From NCBI GenBank assembly GCA_037142195.1, contig JBAXBA010000085.1, positions 1 through 15,219 on the forward strand: a DNA stretch of 15,219 nt, read 5' to 3'. The stretch's first letter is position 1. Each line of letters begins with the position of its first letter. Source of the DNA: Pseudomonadota bacterium (lineage in GTDB: Bacteria > Bdellovibrionota_B > Oligoflexia > Oligoflexales > CAIMVM01). Made by a program: the position numbers and the translations under genes. Under the pieces are notes generated by a model. It made no database searches. It saw nothing but the letters and a program-made list of their open reading frames with translations, and was not told the origin of the DNA. Positions 8,153 to 15,219 of this stretch are shown here, in pieces.

Positions 8153-10168
8153 ATGATCATCGTCAGTTCTCTTCTAGGTCTCCTGGCAGCAGTCTGCCTT
8201 GTCATGCTGCTGATCACATCGACCCCTAAGTTCTTTTTTCAAAAATCAGTCCTCTCTTGGTTTCTGTTTCTTTTAAGTCTCTCAAGCCTCGCCGTCTTTC
8301 ATAGGGCTTTTATCTATGGGACCCTAGGGGTGATGGTGCTTTCTCTGATCACCCAAGGGATCACTTATCGCCGCGCCCTAAGGACTCACCCAGGCCTCCC
8401 TAGAGATAGGCAGGATCACGACCTCTTCGGTGTGCTTCGTATTCTTCCAGGAGACAAACTTGGCGAGAAGAGAGATGCGAGCTTAGGTAGAAAAGCTACC
8501 CTCGCCTCTCTTTTTTTGCTTTTCGTAACTTCTGCCGTAGCGTCCCTCCCTAAGCGACGCTACGATCAATGGAACTATCATCTTTCGTTGCCGAAGTGGA
8601 TCATGGATTTAGGGGGCCTTCCTAAAGACATCTTTAATGACCACCTGTACTTCACCGGCTCCTATGAATACTTTTCAGGTATTTTTAGAGTGTTTGGCTC
8701 CGAGGATCTTTGGGTCCAAAGTGCCACGTCGGCCATGACGTGTCTGACCGTCGCGAGTCTATGTGCCTTAACCCTCACTTACTTTTTAGGATCTAGGTAC
8801 AAACTAGAAACCTCTCGGGATCGTGGATTACTTTTTTTAGGATTTTTTCTTCTCGCTGCGTTTTCTCCCTGGGATAGGGAGTGTCTTTACTCCGCAAAAC
8901 CAGACTATTTGTTAATTCCCCTGACCCTTGGGGTTGTGGCTTTAGTATCCCGACTCATGGGATCTTCTGAAGAAAACCCGCCAGTTGAAAGACGGGAAGG
9001 TCCCCATGGAGATTCGGTACTGTCTTTTAGCTTAGGAATTCTTCTCTCTGGCGGCATCGCCGTTAAGATCACTTGGATTCACCTTTCCATGGCCGTAGTT
9101 CTAGGGAGCTTATTTTATGGAGCACTCGCAAGGCCTAAGCATCGTTTTGTGTGGCGTCAGCTGATCCTAGGTCTTGGTGTAGGAGCTGTTTTTGCCCTTC
9201 CTATCCTTCTCAAAAATTACATTTACTTTGGTGATCCCTTGTATCCGGCCAAGACTCCTGGTTTTGTAAGTTTTTTTAGAACCGAGTACGTGAATGCCTA
9301 CTGGATGAGAAACAGCTCTCCCCCAAGAAGTCTAAGTGATCTCACCCAGTTCTTTGTAAGTCTGCCTCTTACATTTCTCTCAAATTATGGTTATTTGCTA
9401 TTAGCTCTAGTCTTCTCTTCCACAAATTCCCTAAAAAGCATTAAAAATTCCATAAAAGGAAGTTTAGATCAGGGATTTTTTAAAGCACTCAAAGCCATTC
9501 GCTTTTTAAGTCGCCCTTCCCTCTCGATCCTTTTATTCTATATTCTTCTTTGGCCCCTTTTACATAGACTCGACATTTTTCCACGTTTTATAATTCCTAT
9601 TGTCGGCATCTTGATATGGGAAATCGCGTTCTTTAATGTTTCTTTGAAAAAACTCTACTTAGCGGTAGGGGTGTTGGTTTGTGTTCAAGGCGATCCCAAT
9701 ATCATGCTGCGTCTTCTATTTCAGGGGAAGGCAAGTCCTTCAGAGTTTTACTCCAAGACCTCAGAAGGAGAGGTTTTTCAGGTGGTGAAAGACTTAAATA
9801 GAGAGCTTCATTCCCCAGGGAAAGATGCCCCTTCCCCTGAAGGTGAGGTTTCTCCTCAGATGACAAGAAGCGACATTTTAATCAACTCCACCGTTTCCTA
9901 TTTCTTCTTTGATCACATGTGGGATGTCTGTTCCTATTCCACTAGAGCTCAACTAGAAAAAAAGGGCATCTTTTGGACGAGTGAGCAAGCGGCCGCACCT
10001 TACACCGACGAGATGATTTCCAGCATGATTTCAGCTCTTCATATCAAATATTATGCCCATTTAAAAAACGATTACTGTAAAAAGCCTGAAGTGTTAGAGT
10101 ATATGAGAAAACATGCCACCCTGGTAGGGCCTGAAGGGAATCTGTTTAAGATCCGCGATGCCTTATAG
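8153..10168 (+). CDS. Polytopic membrane protein, probable GT-C superfamily glycosyltransferase (DUF1420/PMT-like)
   Basis: More than 10 hydrophobic segments. D..NYH in the first large loop (DQWNYHLSLP), AKPD, GIAVK, KNYIYFGDPLYP and RFIIP motifs, plus a soluble C-terminal domain. Co-oriented 37 bp after rfbC. Confidence 0.65.
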   Translation: MIIVSSLLGLLAAVCLVMLLITSTPKFFFQKSVLSWFLFLLSLSSLAVFHRAFIYGTLGVMVLSLITQGITYRRALRTHPGLPRDRQDHDLFGVLRILPGDKLGEKRDASLGRKATLASLFLLFVTSAVASLPKRRYDQWNYHLSLPKWIMDLGGLPKDIFNDHLYFTGSYEYFSGIFRVFGSEDLWVQSATSAMTCLTVASLCALTLTYFLGSRYKLETSRDRGLLFLGFFLLAAFSPWDRECLYSAKPDYLLIPLTLGVVALVSRLMGSSEENPPVERREGPHGDSVLSFSLGILLSGGIAVKITWIHLSMAVVLGSLFYGALARPKHRFVWRQLILGLGVGAVFALPILLKNYIYFGDPLYPAKTPGFVSFFRTEYVNAYWMRNSSPPRSLSDLTQFFVSLPLTFLSNYGYLLLALVFSSTNSLKSIKNSIKGSLDQGFFKALKAIRFLSRPSLSILLFYILLWPLLHRLDIFPRFIIPIVGILIWEIAFFNVSLKKLYLAVGVLVCVQGDPNIMLRLLFQGKASPSEFYSKTSEGEVFQVVKDLNRELHSPGKDAPSPEGEVSPQMTRSDILINSTVSYFFFDHMWDVCSYSTRAQLEKKGIFWTSEQAAAPYTDEMISSMISALHIKYYAHLKNDYCKKPEVLEYMRKHATLVGPEGNLFKIRDAL

Positions 10169-10328
10169 AACTGGACCAGTGAGTGAGTCTAAAATTCCCT
10201 ATTTTTTTTGTTTTTTTGTCCGCGAGAGTAGTTGCCAGATCTTCTTGCGAAGTAGGCCTCGGACGTTTGGTCTAGGATCGTAAGACCTAACACTACAATC
10301 GAGGATTCGCCAGATTTTGCCGATTCCC

Positions 10329-12614
10329 TCACATCAAGCCATTCGCAGCTTGAATCAGCTCCCTATAAGTCACAGGAACTTTGGAAACCGTTCGATCAAT
10401 GGCTCCTTCAAATACCGAGTTATCAAACTCACCGTCCGAGCAAAGCAGGACGACCTTATCGGGACGATGTTTTTTTACAAGCCTGCCGACGTCTAACCCG
10501 CTCGCTCTGCTATTGTCGAAATAGAAGTCAGTTATGACAAAAGCCATTTTGTCAAGAAACTGCGGCTCTTTACTAAGTTTGGCAGCAAGCTCTTCAGGGC
10601 TACTAAGCAAATGGACAATGGAATCAGGTTTCAAGACACTTTCCCAAGCCTCTTGGAAGAAGCTATTGTCGTCTATGAACAGTACTTCTGGCTTCACATC
10701 GTCTGTCGCTCGCGGCCGTAATCCTGCTTGAAGCGTCAATCGAAGCAATTGACCTCGTGCCATTGGTTTCGGTAAAAATGCGTCTGCACCGCTCACGATT
10801 GCCGTCTTATGGTCCGCCGAAACAATCCGATTCGAATGCACACAAATCATTGCTGGCACTTGAAATTCATGGCGCAGCCTATGTACAAGATCGAATCCAT
10901 TTAGCGAATTGCCACCCATATCTACGTCCGTGATAATGAGATCAAAGACAACCTTACTTAAGAGATCCAACGCAGCATTGCTGCTATCTGCCTGATACAC
11001 GGTCATGGCCGCAACTAGCTCAGGAGTCCTGCTCAATGCAGCGCTGAGGGCACTACGATAGATTTCTTCGTCATCGACGATCATGATGTTTAACGGTCTT
11101 CCCAGCCTTGAACTAGCGCCGGCAATTTCGTCCTCCAGCGTCAACTCCCCCTGGTCAACACTCGTTAAGCTCGATGCCTCCTGCTTCTCATTCAAGGCCA
11201 AGAACCCATGGGAAATCTCTCGACTGTCTGTTGGAAGCTGGAACTTTGTATCTTTAAGTTTACCAACCGCTATCGGCAGCGTGAAGAAAAACTCAACTTT
11301 GCCATTTGGAAACTCTGTTGACCGTAAAGACTCACACCAGATCTTCCCACCATGCGCTTTCACAACTTTTTCAGCGATGGCCAACCCAAGTCCGGTGCCA
11401 CCTTGTTTGCCGCTAGTAAAGAATGCTTGGAATAATTCTGGGATGTTCTCCTCGGAAATCAGCGAGCCTTCGTTACCAAGGCAGAACTCTATAAAACCGT
11501 CGACCTCTCTAGACTTAAACCAGACATTGCCTTTGTAGTTCATCGCCTGCAAGGCATTGCCAAAGATATTTGAGAAGACTCTCCCAACTTTCTGCATGTG
11601 AACGTTCACCATATGGCGATGACGCAAATCATAAATGATTTTAACGTCGGACTTGGGGTAAACCCTAAACACCTCGCCGAGTGTCGCCTCAATCAAAGAT
11701 TCCGGATTTACGGGCTCCTTGATAAGCTGACTCGATGTTGACCCAATTTCCATCACATCGGCAATCATGCCGTCCACGCTTCTAGTTGCTCGATCGATTT
11801 CTGGAATCAAAATGGCAAGTACATTTTTCACCTTGGCTGGATCTTGAGCGCTCCCAAGCATCCCTAATCCCATCTTAAGGATCGAAAACGGCTTTCTCAC
11901 ATCGTGCGCCAACATCTGCGTTGTCGCAGCAACCGCCTTATAGACACTTGCTTGTGCAATTTCTCTAGATTGTTCGCCAATCAGCTCGCTCTGGTTCTTA
12001 ATGTTGGTGCGTAGCTCCCACTGAAGTTCTATGTTCCTCTTCCTAATTCGCGACATGATCACGTAAATCAGAGCTGAGAAGAGATAAAACGACACATAAT
12101 TGGTGACTGCCGGCGCTAAGTTGCTATCCGGATGAGGGCTGTGCCGTGAAATTTCCCAGAAGTAGTAAGCCGACGACAGCGCTGAAAAACCAAAAAATGT
12201 CTGTCTGGAAATCGGAATCAAGGCAATTCCCAGAAAAAATTGGTAGATACCAAATACGTAGTCGCTCTTGAAGTTTCCTGTGGACAACGAAAAAAGTGAA
12301 CAAAACCATATAATGTAGGCGCCAGATACCCAGAGGGCAAACTCTGGGAGCACCCTTTTTAAAGGTGGCCACCATCTCGGTAAAAAGCAGCCTAAGCATG
12401 CCACAGGAAGATACCCTAATCGGATGAGCACCCATGGTAACTGAAAACCAACCCGAGCAATGTCCTTGAAGATGCAGATTACGATTACGGAACCAGCAAG
12501 CCATACGAGAAAAGGCACCACCGCTGCCTCATACTCTGCTCTTCGTGCGTCATTGGCAAACTGGGTTATCTCATTTTGCATTGACGCGTTTTTCGAGTTC
12601 GCAGATCTGTTCAT
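10329..12614 (-). CDS. Hybrid sensor histidine kinase: about 6 TM, HisKA, HATPase and two receiver domains
   Basis: H-box LAHDVRKPF; N-box NIFGNALQA; F/G boxes LFQAFFTSGK and GTGLGLAI; REC1 IVDDE..IITDVDM..FLPKP; REC2 FIDDN..VITDFYF..VSKVP. Start placed at ATG 12614 (AGGAG upstream) rather than 12662. Confidence 0.93.
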   Translation of the reverse strand: MNRSANSKNASMQNEITQFANDARRAEYEAAVVPFLVWLAGSVIVICIFKDIARVGFQLPWVLIRLGYLPVACLGCFLPRWWPPLKRVLPEFALWVSGAYIIWFCSLFSLSTGNFKSDYVFGIYQFFLGIALIPISRQTFFGFSALSSAYYFWEISRHSPHPDSNLAPAVTNYVSFYLFSALIYVIMSRIRKRNIELQWELRTNIKNQSELIGEQSREIAQASVYKAVAATTQMLAHDVRKPFSILKMGLGMLGSAQDPAKVKNVLAILIPEIDRATRSVDGMIADVMEIGSTSSQLIKEPVNPESLIEATLGEVFRVYPKSDVKIIYDLRHRHMVNVHMQKVGRVFSNIFGNALQAMNYKGNVWFKSREVDGFIEFCLGNEGSLISEENIPELFQAFFTSGKQGGTGLGLAIAEKVVKAHGGKIWCESLRSTEFPNGKVEFFFTLPIAVGKLKDTKFQLPTDSREISHGFLALNEKQEASSLTSVDQGELTLEDEIAGASSRLGRPLNIMIVDDEEIYRSALSAALSRTPELVAAMTVYQADSSNAALDLLSKVVFDLIITDVDMGGNSLNGFDLVHRLRHEFQVPAMICVHSNRIVSADHKTAIVSGADAFLPKPMARGQLLRLTLQAGLRPRATDDVKPEVLFIDDNSFFQEAWESVLKPDSIVHLLSSPEELAAKLSKEPQFLDKMAFVITDFYFDNSRASGLDVGRLVKKHRPDKVVLLCSDGEFDNSVFEGAIDRTVSKVPVTYRELIQAANGLM

Positions 12615-13266
12615 GGATAATCTCTCCTGTATCAAGATATGGAAAATGCCCATCGTATGCATATAGGCGCTTCACTTGGCGGAATATTTTCTCTAGCTCG
12701 TCTATCGAACTCTTGGGAATATATGGATCGCCTCTCCCCTCAAGAATCAGCGCCGAAACTGGTAGATTCAGCTTGCGGACTTGATTGCCTTTAAGCTTTT
12801 CGAGGAGACTAACCGCAATAATCTGCCGGTACATTTTCCTGATGAGCGGAAAAAACGTTAAAATCTCTGGATCGACATCTATGCCAGTCGCCGCAAGCTC
12901 CTTTACGATACTTGCTGTTGTCTTGACCTGAAACCAAATGGGATGACGAGCTTCAAACACATCAAATCCAGTAAATGCTCCATTAAACATGGTTAGAAAA
13001 CCGGGAACCGCTTCCTTCCTCTTATTTATGGAAAGCAAAGCTAAGATTGTCGTTGTCACGCCAATATCATGGCAAATGATATGGTCGAAATTTCCAGCCG
13101 AAATAACCTGATCAACAACCTTTGCGAGTTTCCGAAGGTCGTGGCTTTTTGCGATTTTAAATACCTGTGCAAGCGTCAATATCTGATCATTGCTATCCGG
13201 GAATAACTTTCGCCACGCTACTTCGCCACATGGAAAGCCAGTTACAATCAGTCGTTTCATGTTCAC
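12571..13266 (-). CDS. Alpha/beta-fold hydrolase with Asp nucleophile (epoxide hydrolase/dehalogenase-like)
   Basis: TGFP...W (cf. HGFP oxyanion motif), CHDIG nucleophile elbow (D67, cf. GHDWG), GRGDPY acid (D180), GHFP (H207). GTG start overlaps the upstream TGA (GTGA); ATG 13260 is an alternative start. Confidence 0.8.
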   Translation of the reverse strand: MNMKRLIVTGFPCGEVAWRKLFPDSNDQILTLAQVFKIAKSHDLRKLAKVVDQVISAGNFDHIICHDIGVTTTILALLSINKRKEAVPGFLTMFNGAFTGFDVFEARHPIWFQVKTTASIVKELAATGIDVDPEILTFFPLIRKMYRQIIAVSLLEKLKGNQVRKLNLPVSALILEGRGDPYIPKSSIDELEKIFRQVKRLYAYDGHFPYLDTGEIIHEQICELEKRVNAK

Positions 13267-14033
13267 CCCCAGTTTTTAAGCAACTTCCTTGCTAATTCTT
13301 CGCTCGCAGCATTACAAAACGCCGTTACATCTATGCCCATGCTCCCGAATGAATGGAAATTTGCACCACTCTTGCGTGCTTCAAACATATTACGGGCGTA
13401 CAAAATCATCGATTCGGCAAACGGCGCATATCGGGCATTCCATGTCTTCTCGCCAACCAGCTTCGATCGTTCATCTACCAGTGAACCAATGTACGCAATG
13501 TGACGCCCCTCATCGCTAATTATGTTGGCAATAAACTGCCCTGCTATCGGGTCTTCACTGAGTTTTTGATGCAGCGCCTTATAGCAATACATCCCAAATA
13601 CCTCTGCAATCTGAGTACAGATCAACCATTGGAGTAAATCATCCGCTCGCTGCGTCCTTCCGTAGAAAACAAGAACATCCTTACTGCGTAACAGGGTTTC
13701 CTGTCTGCCTCGGTACGAAGGATACAAATGATCCAGTAGTGCAGAAAACCCTTCCGTATGCTTGCTTTCATCCGCAAGATGCACCGTAAGCCAGGTTTTC
13801 GTCGAAATATCTTCCGACTCAGCGATCCGTTGTCCAAATCCGGCAAACGCGGTTGCTTCGCCAAATGCCAGTGAGGCAAGGACCGGCGCCCACTCTAGTC
13901 GTGACTTTTCGTCACCCACCCCAGATATCGAGTCGCCAGAAAACACATCCGAGACACGCCAAGGCGAGAGCACTGCAGAGTCGAATACGCGCTGCTGTGC
14001 TGTCGATCGGTTGTTATCGAATGCAAATCTCAT
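13263..14033 (-). CDS. Ferritin-like carboxylate-bridged diiron enzyme
   Basis: Complete ligand set E59, (D)E89xxH92, E144, (D)E175xxH178 with four-helix-bundle spacing. ATGA overlap with the upstream gene. Confidence 0.82.
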   Translation of the reverse strand: MRFAFDNNRSTAQQRVFDSAVLSPWRVSDVFSGDSISGVGDEKSRLEWAPVLASLAFGEATAFAGFGQRIAESEDISTKTWLTVHLADESKHTEGFSALLDHLYPSYRGRQETLLRSKDVLVFYGRTQRADDLLQWLICTQIAEVFGMYCYKALHQKLSEDPIAGQFIANIISDEGRHIAYIGSLVDERSKLVGEKTWNARYAPFAESMILYARNMFEARKSGANFHSFGSMGIDVTAFCNAASEELARKLLKNWG

Positions 14034-14440
14034 GGGCTTTCGGTTCCGAACAAAGCAACCCTAATACCTGGCGGTATATTAGTAGGACGACCACTGGCAT
14101 CGACAAAGACCATCTTGGTTTCAGCTTTTAGGTAAGGTTTGCCATCCGCGCTCTGTGCCACGTATTCCAGAGTTCCCGATGAGTCGGAGGGCTCTTTAGC
14201 GGACACTACAATAGTAAAAGTGTCATCGAGCCTCGCTGGGCGGATGTATTTAACCTTTAAATCAGCGACTACCCCACCAATCTTCTCATCCATTAGGCGC
14301 TTCATTGGGTAGTCGATAGATGCCAATAAGTCGGCTCTTGCCCTCTCTAGGAATATCAGCCAATCGGCGTTACCAACAATCCCCATGTAATCAAGATCGT
14401 CGAGCCGAACCCGATAAGTAAATTGAAATGTGTTGTTCAT
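14030..14440 (-). CDS. Acyl-CoA/ACP thioesterase, hot-dog fold, YbgC/FadM/4HBT family
   Basis: RVRLDDLDYMGIVGN..W..FLERAR signature, VKYIRPARLDD, and C-terminal MVFVD..GRPTNIP. Start placed at ATG 14440 (AAGGAG 8 nt upstream). Confidence 0.92.
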   Translation of the reverse strand: MNNTFQFTYRVRLDDLDYMGIVGNADWLIFLERARADLLASIDYPMKRLMDEKIGGVVADLKVKYIRPARLDDTFTIVVSAKEPSDSSGTLEYVAQSADGKPYLKAETKMVFVDASGRPTNIPPGIRVALFGTESP

Positions 14441-14493
14441 AGGCAAAGCTCCTTACATAACTTCTGGTATAGGGATAGGCCCCGATGTTAATC

Positions 14494-14654
14494 ATATTTT
14501 ATAAACTTAATAAAATATTATAGGTTATATGCAATACTATGCATAGACCTTAAAAAGACAATATATTGTATAATAGAAGATTGCAAATTTTTTAAGCAGT
14601 TCCTGGCTTTTTTTCCATCTCCACTTTAAGTACCTAAAAATACTTAGATAAGTA
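14494..14654 (-). promoter_or_regulatory. AT-rich promoter/operator region of the thioesterase operon
   Basis: Minus-strand TATAAT at 14522-14517; second candidate TTGCAA(14586-14581)-17-TATTGT(14563-14558). Inverted repeats at 14494-14518, 14522-14550, 14558-14569 and 14641-14654. TATGCA direct repeat at 14528 and 14538. Confidence 0.5.
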
Positions 14655-14768
14655 CAGTATGCAGTAATAGTCGCCTATCTTAAGGTCCAATAAAGAGAGA
14701 TAGAAACATTCGGCTTTCTAAATCTTATAGGTGGAGAAAACCTCCGCAATGTAGCTCAGACCCCTGCC

Positions 14769-15167
14769 ATGGGCCCATCGGCTCGCGCAAAAAACTTTGA
14801 AGACCTTCTCAAGTTTGAGGGGTGGCAACTTACCCACCGCTTTAACTCACCAGATCCTAACGAGGAAAAGACACAAATTTCCTTTAACAATTCCACCTTT
14901 ATTCAACTCATGCCCAATACGTATGTAGCTTCAGTCGCTTGCTGCGAATACTCTTCGACTGGAGTTCCATCTGGAGATCTCTTTATCAATTGCGAGAACA
15001 ATTGCCAGGACACGATACTGTCACGAGGTTTGAGCCGCATTGCCGCATTTCGGGCTCGCCAGCCCCCTCACCAAGCGTTCAAGCCAACGAATGAAATCAT
15101 TGATGATGAATGGCGGACGCAAAATCGCAAGCGGAATAAGTTGCGTCGGAAACAATTTAGATCTTGA
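14769..15167 (+). CDS. Hypothetical ORF or gene remnant
   Basis: 132 aa ORF in otherwise unoccupied sequence; the frame is open from 14694. No clear RBS and no recognised motif. Confidence 0.25.
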   Translation: MGPSARAKNFEDLLKFEGWQLTHRFNSPDPNEEKTQISFNNSTFIQLMPNTYVASVACCEYSSTGVPSGDLFINCENNCQDTILSRGLSRIAAFRARQPPHQAFKPTNEIIDDEWRTQNRKRNKLRRKQFRS

Positions 15168-15219
15168 AGTTACCTGATTTAACGGACACGACTCAGAGTT
15201 ATAATTGAAACAATCAATT

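Noticed and set aside
10169..10328. T-tracts and small hairpins between the convergent GT-C-like and kinase genes
   Set aside because: The T-run at 10202-10217 is not preceded by a solid stem and the other stems are short and imperfect, so no terminator or RNA can be called.
163..14131. Numerous short antisense or alternate-frame ORFs (for example 163-357, 2229-2456, 3000-3242, 3410-3739, 4564-4833, 4970-5281, 11083-11538, 12124-12504, 13762-14064)
   Set aside because: They are nested within well-supported genes and have no motifs, so they are treated as shadow ORFs.
1..15219. CRISPR array, tRNA/rRNA, transposase or integrase; compositional shift marking the kinase operon as horizontally acquired
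   Set aside because: No regularly spaced repeats, RNA gene signatures or recombinase motifs were seen. Any compositional difference could not be quantified by eye and needs a sliding-window GC/tetranucleotide analysis.

Overview
Bacterial genomic window read with the standard code (TGA terminates several intact genes), in four blocks. (1) 65-1225: a Fic-family AMPylase with an N-terminal inhibitory motif, preceded by a promoter whose -35 box is bracketed by an inverted repeat. (2) 1631-2545, minus strand: a probable type II toxin-antitoxin pair, with a DUF4258/RelE-like toxin followed by an MqsA/HigA-like HTH antitoxin and a perfect palindromic operator. The toxin is cut by one in-frame TGA 11 sense codons before what looks like its real stop. 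(3) 2822-10168: a surface-glycan locus with a divergent GT2, then manC-rfbB-rfbA-rfbC (no rfbD) and a polytopic GT-C-like membrane protein. (4) 10329-14440, minus strand: a four-gene overlapping operon encoding a YbgC-type thioesterase, a ferritin-like diiron enzyme, an Asp-nucleophile (epoxide-hydrolase-like) alpha/beta hydrolase and a 6-TM hybrid histidine kinase with two receiver domains, behind an AT-rich, palindrome-rich promoter region. Block 4 is the best candidate for an undescribed system: possibly a synthase-plus-receptor cassette for an acyl-derived signal. That function is inferred from gene content only. No rRNA, tRNA, CRISPR array, transposase or integrase was recognised. All family calls come from motif recognition by eye, with no database searches run.
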